In this document: one piece after another, positions 49,000 to 61,878 of the stretch
Position numbering within the stretch: the first letter of the stretch is position 1
How the letters are laid out: every line of letters starts with the position of its first letter
Assembly (NCBI RefSeq): GCF_024521635.1
Contig: NW_026250435.1
Span: 1 to 64,000 of the forward strand
Source: Tricharina praecox
Lineage: Eukaryota
Direction of reading: 5' to 3'
DNA: 64,000 nucleotides
Position numbers and translations under genes: made by a program
Notes under the pieces: model-generated
The model's input: only the letters and a program-made list of their open reading frames with translations
Told to the model about the DNA's origin: nothing
The model's database searches: none

Positions 49000-49837
49000 T
49001 CACCGCGCCATCCACCCACCATCCACCACCAGCGTCTCACCGGTGACATATCCACTCGCCCTCTCACTCGCCAAAAACACTACTGGGCCCTTAAAGTCTT
49101 CGGGTTTCCCCCACCTCTGTGCGGGTATCCTTTCCAGAATCTGGCGATTCCTGACCTCGTCTTTCTGCAACTCGGCATTCATATCCGTTGCGATATACCC
49201 AGGAGCGATAGCATTAACGCCGATGCCGCTCCCAGCCCACTCATTACTCAGCGCCTTCGTGATTCCCGCAACACCATGTTTCGACGCGGTATAGGCCGCG
49301 ACCGAGAACCCGCCCTGGAAGCTGAGCAGGCTCGCGACGTTGATGAGTCTGCCGTGGATCTTGTGCGCGAGCCAGTAATTGCCGACGGTGCGGCATAGTG
49401 TGAACACGCTGGAGAGATTCGTTTGCAGCACTTCGTCCCAGTCTTCCTGCAGGAACTCATGTGCTGCGCGGCGACGCTGGATGCCCGCCGCATTGAGCAG
49501 AATGTGGATCCCGCCGTTGGGTAGTGAGGAGAGTCTCGAGAGGAGATCCGGAACGATCGAGGAGACCGAAGCGGCGTCGGAAAGGTCAGCGGTTACGATG
49601 GCGCATTGCCGGCCCAGCGCTTGGATGGCTTCGCAGGTTGAGGTATTGAGTCCGTCACGCTGTAGGTGCGTAGGAGTTAGCGGTTATAAATATTTAGGGT
49701 GGAGCTCGAGGGAGGACCTGGACCAAGATGATGTCTGCCCCGGCTTCGGCGAGTGCCATCGCCATGGCTTTGCCGATGCCACGGGTTCCACCGGTAACGA
49801 GGGTAGTCTTACCGGTAAGGTCGAAAGCGGAGGTCAT
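49000..49837 (-). CDS. KduD-like short-chain dehydrogenase (2-deoxy-D-gluconate 3-dehydrogenase / 5-keto-gluconate reductase family), 1 intron
   Basis: [25 protein letters not shown], catalytic [15 protein letters not shown] and the KduD-type C-terminus VDGGWMAR. Intron at about 49660-49717. Confidence 0.93.
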
Positions 49838-50231
49838 TGTGGATGGTATCGAGTTCGTGATGGTGAAGTGTGGAGATGAGGGGTTTTATCCTTGATACAT
49901 AGCTCTTGATATGTGAGCTTCCCCGCTAGATCCCGGATGTCGGCAACCTGTCTATTTTCGGCCATAAATTACCGACCTCACCTTGACCAGTCACCAAAGG
50001 ATGTTGGGCAAAACTTTCTGCCGAACAACTCTAGGTATGGTCTTTCTTGAGTCACAAGTGTTTCTCCACCTCTGAGCCTATGCTGCATGACAGTTGTCTG
50101 AGAGTCGCCCATGACCCAAGGGTGCTCAGAGTCGTGCGGGACACGCAGGGAAGCCCGTCACTTCGGCATGTACTGCAGCGAGGCGCGAGGGAGATGGTGG
50201 CATGCATCGTTCGCTCTTTCAGCAAAAGGGA

Positions 50232-50336
50232 TGTCCGGTGCGAGGATCGAACTCGCGATCTTCGGATTACCACCACTGAGTGGGAGTCACACTGAAGAAT
50301 ATGAGACCGACGCTCTACCAACTGAGCCAACCAGAC
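50232..50336 (-). tRNA. tRNA-Met (CAU), elongator type, 32-nt intron
   Basis: Acceptor stem GTCTGGT/ACCGGAC+A, D-arm GCTCAGTTGGTAGAGC, anticodon loop CT-CAT-A with the intron after base 37, U31:U39 apposition, T-arm GCGAG-TTCGATC-CTCGC and a downstream TTTT. Confidence 0.96.
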
Positions 50337-52003
50337 TGGTTTCATGTCATCTTTGGTCTCATTACTAATAAAAATTCTAGCGGCTGTAGCTAGAATATCC
50401 GGCCCCACTCAATCTGAACATATGAAGACATCACTCGCACACGCACGCGCACTGCCCCTAGCCCTTGCACTCACCTGGGTACGCCCGTTGGGATGCGTTG
50501 ATAGCCGGGGCACAGCAAACGACAGAACCAGAAACGGACACGGACTCGAGAGACGAGGACTGGACGATTTGGTGGCGCAGAGCGGGGCATGGACGGGGCT
50601 GGTTCTGTCTTTTTTTCCTTCTTCCTTTTCTTTGCTTCTGCTCGTACTTTTCCTTGGGACAATCGGCATGGGATTGGACGGAGGGCAATGGGTTCCCCCA
50701 CAAAGTTCGAGCTCCTGGCCCGCGATCGGAGAGAGTCGGGAGAAAACGGATATGTGCTCTACATAACTGCCATGATCTAATAATGTCGAATGCAGAGATG
50801 ATTGAATAAATGAGATAAAAAAACTGCCCGGTGCGCCCGGTTTCGCTTAACCTGCATGGAGGTACTATCGAAAGTCACCCACCGCTACATAACGTGTCTC
50901 CACTGAAGCTGCCACGAACCCTGAAGACTCCCACATGGAAAATGTATGTATGTACATTTTATGTCGAGAGAGTCGATGGCAGTGCTGCTGTCGGAATGCA
51001 ACGTGCATCTCGCGTATCTTCCTTACACTCCAATTTCGATGGAGTTTAGGACCGGAATGGTTCTGCGCATGCGCATTGCGCAGACGCAAAGCAATGCCGG
51101 ATTATCCGGGACTCCAGTGGTGGTGATGACGTGGTTCGTGGAGGGCAGCTTTCTTTGAATTCTGGATGGGCTATATGGCATAAACCGTGGACGGGCACTG
51201 TTGAATATATCTAGGACCGTACCAGGCGAAATAAATACTTAGGGCCGAACGAGCCGTCCAATGCTGTTCCTAGTGCCCACATGATGGCACAACGAGTGGT
51301 GGCTGACACTGGTCGCCGGGGCGATTGGATGGGAATGCGCACGCGCATTGCCGAGTCAGCCGACGAGTGATGGAGCTGAAGGTTCACTGCGCGCCGCTAA
51401 GTTTCATACTTAGCCGGCGATAACCTCAACCTGAGGCTGCCCAGCCCTCGTATCGTGTATGCGATCTTCAAACTGCGCCCCACTTCCATGCAGCAAGAGC
51501 CCCCCGCCCCGCCCCACTGGGATCAACTCTTCGCCGAGTAGGTAGTAGGTAGCTGATCTGCCCACTCGATGCCAACACGAAGAATCGCATCTGCCTGGTC
51601 GAGCGCCCGAGTTAGCCTTGGCGGAGAGTGAACAGGAGACTTCCATCGGCAGAGAGGGGTGAAGTTGCTGAACAGCCCAGCTCTTGCTTGGACGGCGTCC
51701 CAGCCAATCGTTTTGCATTTCGCGTGACGAACAGCTTCTTGCACTGCCCCCCATAGTTGTCGATGCACTCATTCAACTCGCGGCATGTCCCGCAGCAAGA
51801 AGTGCCATGGGTAGGTAACTGGTGGAGCTCGTTTGGCGATCGAAAATCAGGTGCACAGGAATACCTGCGCCGGAGGATGCGGTAAGGGATGAGCAGCACA
51901 CTATTAAAGAGGACTGTGGTACCCACTTCTCGCTGGCTAACGTCGTAGCTCAGGTTACGGTTCGACACAAACAGCTCAAACATCGAAGCACCCTCTTACG
52001 GCT

Positions 52004-54572
52004 ATGGCGACTACGGCACTCGCGACATCGACTACTGGCGACTCAAGCGGGAACAGCATCAATTGGGGATTTCCTGCGGCAGTGGCGGCGGCGGCAGCAG
52101 CAGCGTTGGCGGCTGTGACAGCGAAGGAATCGGCGGAGGAGCCACAGGTGGGGCTGAATGCAGCCATGACGCAATCAAAAGTGTCTGATGGTGAAATGGC
52201 TCTCGCTCAGCTGAAAGGACTTCGTCGTAAGCTCCAGGAAGCAGTCGATGGCGAGCTCTTCTTTGACGCCGTCGAAGAGATGGGCGTCGAAGAATGGATG
52301 GCATTCCCACGGCCTCCCGAACTATTGTTTCTCAGCGGCAATGAGCCGGAGGAGATCCAGATGGACGTGCAGTGCGAACAGCAAAAATACTACCTCACGC
52401 CGGAGGTGCCGGAGCCGGAAATCTCGTCGGGGGCACCCACCAGCCCTACCGTATCAGTATACTCGTCATCCGGCGACTCCAGCGGCGACAATATAACGGC
52501 TGCCACCGGATCAAGCGGCATACGCAGCATCCGAAGTAAGCTCTCGAGTATTCACGTTCGCCGCGCTGCGGTTGCGAGTTCGATCTCCTCCACCTCCGGG
52601 GATTCAGCATCTTTGGCGTCTACGAATATAACGAGCGGGGGGACCGTGGTGCGGAAACAGCGAACGTTTGACCATTCAGGCGCGACCACAGAAGACCTGG
52701 CTTACTCGGCCTACTTCAGTCTATTGCCCAAAAGTGCGCGGCCGGAGATACTGAAGCCCGTGAGTCCTCGTGGGGAGGCTATCAAGAACTACCTCAAGAG
52801 TCGGAAAGAACAAAGGTGAGGGATACCGGTTTCCTCATCCCATAGTATCCTGATCAGTCAACTGACATCAATAGTGAATGCGTCTCATGTCTCGAAGATC
52901 ACCGTGTGAAGACTCTGACAACTCTTCCATGCCAACACAAATACTGCAGTACATGTCTTCGAACGTTGATCACGTACCCGCCCCTTTCAGTCCCCCTCAC
53001 CTAACTATTTACTGACAGCGTTATAGAACCGCCCTGAACGACGAAGCCCTCTTCCCCCCGAAATGCTGTCTGAACGAGATCCCGGCGGCAACCATCAACT
53101 CGGTCCTGACGCGCGCCGAGCGGTCCCTCTACAAGAATAAAGCCCCCGAGTACGAAGTGCCGTGGGAGCAGCGGCACTTCTGCCCCCGGCCCAGCTGTGG
53201 CGCATGGATCCCGCCGGCGCTGATCGAATCGATCGGCACGGCGTACGTATTTCGCTGCAAAAAATGCCACCACAGACTGTGTCGCTACTGCAAGGGCCCC
53301 ATGCACCCGGCTGGCACAGAGTGTCCGGAGGACGCGGGATTGGTCGCGGTGATGGATGTGGCGCAGAGATGCGGTTGGAGGAGATGCTACAAGTGCCATG
53401 CGATGGTTGAGCTCTCTAGCGGGTGTAGACACATGTACGGACCCCCGTCAACCCTCCCCCGTCAACCCCAGTGTCGCTTAACCTGCCGCTAACGTATCCG
53501 ATCTCTCCTTAGGCGCTGCCGCTGCAAAGCCGAGTTCTGCTACATCTGCGGGGCACGCTGGCGCACGTGCGAGTGCACCGGCACCGAACCCGTGTACACG
53601 CGACCAGTGGTTACGATGGACCCAGCGGCGGTGGAGGAGCGACGGTTGATTCTTTCGGCAATTGAGGCGGCCGACTCGGCCGACGCTGCGGAGCTGCGCC
53701 CAATACATGGAATAGAGGAGCCCGAGGTAGACAGCTCGGATGAGGCTGAGCGGCGACGGGTTGAAGCGGCACAGGAACGTTTTATCCCCCAGGCTGATGC
53801 ACAGGTTCGCGGGCTACGAGTCACAGCAGAAATGCATGAGGCGAGGCGAGCGAACAAACGGACTTCGGAGATAGCGCAGGTGAGGAAAGAGCGTGAGGCG
53901 GCCAAGAGACGGAAGGAGATCGATGCGGCGTTGCAGGAAACCAAAGAGAGATACGACGGGCTCATTGGGGCGGTGAAGGTTCTGTGCGCCGAGCAACGCG
54001 CCAAGATCGAGGATCGACACCAGGACCTCAAAGATAGCCTCACGACGCGGTGGAAAGTGGAAATGGACAATATGATCAGTTTTCTGGATATCAAGATTCT
54101 AGAGATGGAGGGGGCACTGGCAGCGAGTATCGAGACCATGCAGACCCGCCACGAAGAAGAGACATCGTCTATGCAGGATCGCCACGAAAAGGAAGAAGAC
54201 GACTATTGGTTTTCGCTGCAGCGATATCTCAAGGGAAAGCCCGATCGAGCGGAACGAGAGCAAGTTCTGGTAGACCGGTTTAGGGCCGCCAATGTGCTGG
54301 AGCTGGAGGAGCTGCTCTCAAGGCATAGCCAAGAAGCAAACGCTGCGCGAAGAAGGCTTGCGGCGGACGCTGTGGAAACACTGAGGCAGGCTGAACGGAG
54401 GAAGGCGGAGTTGGAAAGGGATGTCGGCAAGAGTCAGCGGATGCGGGTAGCAAAGATCTGGGTGGCTGAGATGAATTGGGTAGCTCTAGCGGAGAAGGAG
54501 AGAACGAGTCTACTGGCAGCTCGAATGGGCGAGGAGCAGGATGCGGTTAGGGTGAGGATGGCAGCTTCGTAA
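52004..54572 (+). CDS. RBR (RING-IBR-RING) E3 ubiquitin ligase with C-terminal coiled coil, 3 introns
   Basis: RING1 ECVSCLED..LPCQHKYCSTCL..FPPKCC, IBR FCPRPSCG..CKKCHHRLCRYCKGPMH, RING2 WRRCYKCHAMVELSSGCRHMRCRCKAEFCYICG. Introns near 52816, 52974 and 53435. Confidence 0.93.
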
Positions 54573-55226
54573 CGTACCACGGGGCAGTGCCTCAATTCCG
54601 TGTAAATATCAAGTATGTAAATATTATTGGAAGCGAAACATCGGGTGCCAATGGCCGCTTTCAGTGCAACCCAGCACCCAGACTTGAGCACCTATCAGTC
54701 ACGTGAAGTGAAATTACAAAACCTAGGAGGTAGCATCATAGCAGCGTATGCCCAGAAGTAATGGCACCATACTGCAGGCAACACAGCGGATGGTTAGCTA
54801 CACGGGGGGAAAGACCCGTGGTCCCACATACTCTCAATGCCTGACGATCTGTCTGCCTGACGCCAGCCTGGGTATGGTTTTTTGTTTGATTCGCTGTGCA
54901 TCCACTTACCTTCTGCGGATTTTGTGATCACGATTGCGGGGATATAATGATTGGCTGACCAATCATGGGAACTGGTCCGGGGGCTCAGCCACGCCCGCAA
55001 AACCGCCGCCGAGCGGTAGTCATCTCATAACATCTTCTCGTATTAACCGTCACACACTGGTCTTACATCAAAGTCGATTCAAGCCAATATTCAAGAATCA
55101 ACTTGAAAGTCTTCCCGAGCAACAGCTGGTGTTGCCGTATCGTACCGTATGTGCGCATTCGGAGCATGGTTTAAAGCCGCTATGAAGCCGCAGCCACTAC
55201 TCTCCCGGCACTCGGCAACATCAGCC

Positions 55227-56465
55227 TTAAGAAGACGTGCTGTTAAACTGCACCTCCACCTTGACTACAAGAGTTCCATCATCACTGGCCACTCTTCCCG
55301 CCATCTTGAACCCTTCTTCGACTCTATCCAGACCCTCGTAGGTATGCGTCACCAGCTCCTCCAATCCCGGGAGTTTCCCCGACCCCAACAGCACAATGCC
55401 AAGCGGGTACATATTGGCGTATCTGAACCCGCCGAGAATATCGATTTCCTTGTGCGCGGCTGCCGAGATTGGCAGGGTCATCACGGGCGTTCCCATGCCC
55501 ACGAGCATCACCGCTCCTCCCGGCCGCGCCGCAAAGATCGCCGTCTGTGCGCAGCTCTCCATCCCCGTGCATTCGTAGACCACATCTACACCGCCCGGCC
55601 GCGCAGCTACCGCCAAGATCTCGGCGGCAGCGGCTTTCGCCGGTGCGAGCTTGTCGTCGTCGGCGGCATTCGCTGGCGGCGATCGTTGCGACACGTGGCT
55701 GTGCGTGCACCATCCGTGCTGCCGCGCGAACTCCACTCTGCCCGCATTGATATCTGTGATCACCACCGTGGACGCTCCCGCCAGGCCCGCCGCCGCAGCG
55801 ATTAGCATTCCCACCGCTCCAGCACCGATAACCAGCACCGACGCCCCGGGAACCAGAGACCCGTTCTTGATGGTGCGTCGGGTGCAGTGCAGTGCAACGC
55901 CGAGCGGCTCCAACAGCGCCGCTTGCGTAAAGCTCACCTCGTCGGGAATCCGATGGCACCATTTCGCGGGATGGTTGATGCGCTCCTGCAAAGTTCCCCA
56001 GTGGTGCGGGGTAGATTTTGCGCTGCTGCGGAAGCTGAGCGTCGAGCAGATGTTGTAGCGGCCTTCCAGACAGCGTGCACAGTCGCCGCAGGGGATTCCA
56101 ACTTCCAGCGCGACGCGATCGCCGGGTCTCCAGCCTTGGCCCCACGCCGAGGTGCCGACGCTGACGACACAGCCGGAGGATTCGTGGCCCAGACTCAGCG
56201 GGTGCTTGACTATGATGTCACCGTTGCGGTAGTGGTTGTAGTAGTGTAGGTCAGAGCCGCAGAGAGTCGTCGAGCGGATTTGGATCTGTAGCTCATCCGG
56301 CTTTGGTGGCGGGAGATCGATTTTTTGCTACGAATTTAGCGATTAGGGAGGAGCTGGAGTGAGCGGGATGAGTGAGGCGGTATATACTATGCGGAGATCT
56401 TTGGGCCCATGTAGGACCGAAGACAGAATCAGATCCTCCGTCTTCGGGGAGGTTGAGGATTGCAT
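55227..56465 (-). CDS. Zn-dependent polyol dehydrogenase (sorbitol/xylitol/L-idonate DH family), 1 intron
   Basis: LHGPKDLR, CGSDLHYY, GHESSG, structural Zn site CGDCARCLEGRYNIC, LLEPL, GAGAVG, and an NAD-type Asp in VITDIN. Confidence 0.94.
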
Positions 56466-58559
56466 TGTCGAGGAGATGGATGACAATCACAGGGACGATG
56501 CTGTGGGGTAGTAAGGTGTAATATTCGAGACTGCGGGGTCGAAGCAGACGGGAACTCGGACATGTGCATGCATATATGCGCACTATGAATCCTAGTAGAT
56601 GAGTACCTATCCCGCAGCTTCGGGTCAATTCAACGCGTCTCCATCGCAGCTCATGTAACATAGCCTAGTTTCAAGTTGGGCCACTCCATCTCCGTAAGGA
56701 AACTTCGTAAGGATTTCGAACGTGCGTGAGAGTAATTACTGTTATTTTGAAGTATCCTCACGTAAAATTATCGAAGAGTAAGGTTATTAGCAACGGTAGT
56801 TCCTTCTGTTTTGAGTCGTTGGTAGCTTGTGCACCGCCATCGCGTGGCTGGTAAACCAGTACTCTGGTAGTTCAATCTCTGGTGATCGCAGTTCCTTCTT
56901 TTTAATCCGGCTCTAATTGAGAAAATCTAGTAATAAGCCGTATATCGAAGTCGAACATTCATTTCCATCCATCACATCCCATTGACAGACAGTGTGAACT
57001 TTAGCGAGACGGCACACTCTGTCACTCGGCACAAAACTGCCAGTTGCGTGCTACATCACTGGGCAACCACACTCTATTCTAATCAGCTCACTGTACCAGT
57101 GAAAGTGTATTCTTGGGTATTATAGTCTATCTGCCGAGCCTGGTAACGACCAGCCAGAAAAATAGGTACATATATAGATCCAGTATGACTGCGTAACCCG
57201 GTAGAGTGGCTCGCCTTCCGCGATGGCAGCTCGCACATAGATGGAAAGGCGCACAAGCGAGATCGCGGCTGAGAGGAAGCTCAGGACAGCTGCACTGCAA
57301 CGTGAGTCTACGGACAGTGCGCACACCTGCGTGTGGTGTCGGAGCCGCGGTCGATTATCTGTTGCATCTCGTTCCAATTGTTGCCAGCGCGTCTTCTGCT
57401 CCGCCCACCACTTGCTGCAATATTTGAACGGGTTTCCGCGACACCGGGAACCCCCTGTAGGTATATGAGCCACTATCTAGCACTTGTCGACCGGCTGACT
57501 CATCTTCCCTTGCGGATGCTTTCCGGTGACCGTATGCGCGCTTTCCGGTGACTGCATGCGCCGACTTACGCTAGTAAACCCGCGATATCATACGATTTCC
57601 CGCCCTATATATGTACTATAGCCGAGGTAGAAACCGGCTTGCTTTCCATCCGACCAGTATAGTAGCCGCTGCTTCGCTGTCTTCGTTCGCACCACGATGG
57701 CTCCTCATCCCACTTGTTGCTCCAGGACCCTCCGCTCGAGGTTTGTTCGGGAAGCCGGGATCGCTACGTATATATCGGGCGTTTGCCGTACTTGCTGGTG
57801 TACAAAGGCTATCCACTCCACTCTGTGATGGCCCCTTTCACTAGCGGCCAACTTGGCCTAGGTACCTAGATTGTTGCCCTTCGGCAATCTCGTTTCTGGA
57901 TGCGTTTTTGTGAGCGGGTACCAGTAGATCTCCATCTCTATCGCTGGTACTTACCTCTTATGTACGTGTACTAGCACCAGGCACCACTACCGTAAGGCTG
58001 AGCCACATCACCACCCGATTGATACCCGGTGTCCGATTGATTGAGGCTCGAGCACGGGGGTCTATATTCGGCCCCCCGCCCGCATTAACCGATACCCTGG
58101 GACCGCCATTCCATGTGCCACGGTAACGTCTGACAAGGAAGTGATGACTTCACCTCTCCGTCGTTAATACCCACATTACAAATAGTGAATATAGTAGGGT
58201 ACCAACTCTATACTGGTGCGTTTGCTGGCTAGTTTCTTCTAGGCAGTGCTTTTTCTTGACAACAAGCGCAATAGAGAGGCTCATCTTGAACCTAAGAGTG
58301 ACTGACGTCGCCCGGGCCACTTTCGTTTCCTCAGAATAGTGATTCCTGGGGGTTGAAGACGAGTGAGTGGTTGTGGATTCGCAGAAGACCATCCGCTGCT
58401 GGAGCGGAACAACCGTCAAAGCCGCCCTTGGGAAAGATATAAGCTGTCATGGTTGTCTCCGCCGATCTGCATCCGAGAGCTTCATAACAGATTTCAAAGA
58501 AAGAGCACCCTCGAGACGGCTAGAACTTCGATAGATATCATACTACATACCGAGAGAAA

Positions 58560-59067
58560 ATGCACACCATCAATATCCGCCAGACAAACAGCACCGTACC
58601 GGTCGGTACGCTATCATCACCATCCGCAACCCCGTCAAAGTATGTCGCTGTCAACCTGCCCTTGATTTCACCACCACTAACGATCTGATAGCGAAGCCAT
58701 CAACTCCTCTTCTACACTCCCCGCCAGTGCAATAGCAGGCATAGTCGTCGGCACGCTCCTCCTCATGACCGTTGTTGGGGTGATCGCGTTCTTTGTTTTC
58801 CGCAGTCGCCGTACCGAACAGAAAGAACAGAAAGCACTGCAGCAGAAGGTCACGGTGGAGGAGTTCGTGGCGGTCAGTCGGTCTGCGGCTGCGAGCAGGT
58901 CGGTGAGCAGATGTGCAAGCACGGAGAATCTGATTCCCGATGCGGATGTGGAGACGGGTGTGGCACGGAGTTCGACGTTTCTTGCCGTGGGGGGCGGAGT
59001 GACTATGTGGGAACGGCCGCCGTCAGTGCAGATCGATACAGGAGCGTCACTGGGTACGGCGATCTGA
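58560..59067 (+). CDS. Small single-pass membrane protein with S/T-rich N-terminus, 1 intron
   Basis: ATG at 58560 and a GTATGT..CTAAC..TAG intron join in frame to ORF 58765-59067. TM helix AIAGIVVGTLLLMTVVGVIAFFVF is followed by basic RSRR. Confidence 0.8.
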
Positions 59068-59570
59068 GGGAGTTATTTTATTGGTGCAACTTTTTGGGTT
59101 TCTGCATATAGATGGGGCGCTGTTGGTCTTGTTTTGGACTGGGTTATTGTTTCGGCGTCGGTGAAATTATTTATAGATTCAACTTTGATCATATTATGTA
59201 ATACGAGACTCGAGAGAAACGAAAACTATTTGAAAAAGCTGCGCCGTTCACGGCGGTGTATCATTCAACGAAAAATTTAGCCACAGCAGGCGCAACCATA
59301 ACCATGGGACGAGTCACGAAGCTGGCCGGGCGGTGAATGTAAGGAGTCCCTGGTCTTGTTGGCTTTCGAAACTTTTAGTACATACGCACAACCGCGTCCC
59401 TGCTCATCTCGCTATTGATAAACCCTTCCTTGATCTGCGAAGCCGCTTGGATAACACTGGTGCAGGGCTCACGATCACAGTGAGAATCGGCCATGAGAGC
59501 AGTGCACAAGTTGGACCCTCGGATTTAAGCTTCTCTGGCTAGTATATGCCGTCCCACCTCCGCCGTTTCC

Positions 59571-60641
59571 TACGGGCAATCGGGTTTGAATAGTGCAGGG
59601 CTGTACTGATTCGGGTAAGGGTTCGCCATAGTCCGAACGGGCCGCATGCGACAGTAAATTGGTGTTCTCTCTCATGGCTGTATTCTCGCCTTCACAGCCG
59701 GTAGCAAAAGGCGTGTCACGTGATGCCGCCGAGTGATATCTCACTAGTGCTCCACGGCAAAAACAAAAACAAAAACTATCACCACCCCCGGTGGATGGCT
59801 TAGAAACCCCAAGAGCTAAAAAGGCATTCACCCGGTTCTGAACCGAGGACTTTCCCTCAACTCCCCTCGCTGATTGCATGTCTTAGACCACTAGACTACG
59901 CGGGGGTTTTTTCCGTGCTAGAGACAAGAATTCGAACCTCATAAAGTAGGTGCTTGGTGCACCCGCGACAGACACGCTCCGCCACAAAGCTATCTGCGTT
60001 GGACGAACGATAAAGACAGCGCGAGAACCACCGCAAGGAGAGCGCCATATCCACAGCGACGCCTGCGAGCTATCCATAGCAAGATCAGCATGGTATCCGT
60101 GGAGAGCAGCAGCAGGAGAAGACACTATCCGCAGCGGATCCAGCATGATATTCACTGCGCTATGATAGCTCTTTCATGTTCTCTGTGGTCCAATCACCTC
60201 AAAGGCTGGCTGGCGGCATAGACCTCTGGACGGCAGGGACGTCAACGTGCGTAGCCGAAATTGCGGGATATCTGATACCTATTTTGATCGAAGCGGTTTT
60301 CGCGAATCGCCTGGATGAAGGATGAGGTCTACACAGGTCTAGACAGGACCACACAGGTCCACCAGCAGATTACGAACCAATCAATCATAGGCCACCGATG
60401 GATTCTTGATTCATCCTGCCATTGGATCTTGGACCCCACACGTCCGGCGCCAAACGGAGTTTTTTTTTGCGTGCGCGCCCGCGCGCCCCAGTACCCACGC
60501 TCGATGAGCGATAGCTTATGTATAAATGTACATAACCTTCTCACTAGCACTCGGACCGCGACGGATGCGACTCCACCTCATGGCAGTAATCACAGCGGTC
60601 GAGTTCACTATGGTACGGAGAGCGAAATGACCAAGGGCTAC
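59571..60641 (-). mobile_element. Dispersed repeat, copy B (inverted homologue of 2563-3777)
   Basis: Begins TACGGGCAATCG and is colinear with the reverse complement of copy A, including both tRNA-like units (about 59822-59990). The minisatellite is reduced to about 3 units. Confidence 0.8.
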
Positions 60642-61878
60642 CAAGATATGTACCGAAGGCCAAAGCCGAATGGTCGAAACAACTGCTCGCTCTCGCCACG
60701 GAGGTCAGTGGAAAAAGTTCACCCGTGGCCATACGGCCGGTTCCTTTGTCAGAGTGGTAATAAATTCAACTAGAATGGCGCACATGATGGTCCTAATCTC
60801 GGAGCTGGCTGTGGGGAGCGTACTCGAGGTGTCATAACATGCGGATCTGGTAAGTAATGGTCTCGGTGCTGATTGTCGTCGCCAGTGTGTGTGCAAGGCT
60901 ATATTTAATCGTAAGCACATTTTCGGGTGAGTCGGTATGCGGGGCCCAAGCAGCGGATGGACCGAACATAGGAATGGTATACGTTCCACGGCGTAGAAGC
61001 ATCATACCCAGGCAGACGCGTTCGAACCAGGGGCGGTAAGTGCCGTCCACCTCTAGGAGTCCCGTGTGCGCACACGCACGCGCACAGTCGAACACCTCAG
61101 GTTTACAGTCATTATGTACGTCTACTCCTGCTTTCTGCACGTACGTACTCGACTCTGCGTCCCCGGCGACTCCTCCGATGTTCGCGTGAATATATGTCAG
61201 TCAATCGTTGGCTGTCTGATCGCTCTGGTGCGCAGTGCGCATATTGAACTTTGATGGTGCATTTGCAAGCCGGTATCGTGATGCGGGGTAGTGCGGCTGA
61301 GGGACGGGAGTTGCCTCGCCTCTGCCTTTCGAGGCGGGAGGATATTGGTGCTAGGCAGCCAGTTTCCTAGCCCCACATGACGGGAACAGTGGGAATTTGA
61401 TCGGCGCCACTTGTGGAGTAGGCAGTGGAGGTTGTGGAGCACAGCTCTTGGGTGACTGGAGTTGGAGAAGGATTCCTCCTCGACTGTTCCGGTAGTCCGG
61501 TGGATACGCGGCGATTTGAATTCAGAATTCAGAGGACGATCGCTTCTATTCCAACGTTGGAAAGGTCCATCGTTCAAAATTAGTATGTATGACCGTGCCA
61601 CCTCCAATTACATCTGGCCTGACGCCCTCTCCGCCCAAAACTCACCCATAAAACCCGTCGCAAACATACCGAAGGCTTGCCGATAAACGTAGTCCCGTTC
61701 TAAGAAAAAGAAAACGAAAAAGGGAAAAAAAAGCAACAGAAATAAGAAAGTAATGAGAAATAAGAAACAAGAAAATATCTCCATCGAGATTGGACCTGGC
61801 AAAATAAACACCGCCAAACTCCACCAGGGTTTTTGTGTGCTCAAAGTATCTGGGAGAAGACTGTCATCCGAAAAGGTC

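Noticed and set aside
55149..56145. Overlapping 218-aa plus and 273-aa minus ORFs
   Set aside because: Alternative-frame or antisense shadows of the GC-rich dehydrogenase gene.
2563..60641. Starship or other autonomous giant transposon
   Set aside because: No DUF3435 tyrosine recombinase or transposase and no TSD at the outer ends. The enclosed tRNA and RBR genes look like ordinary chromosomal content.
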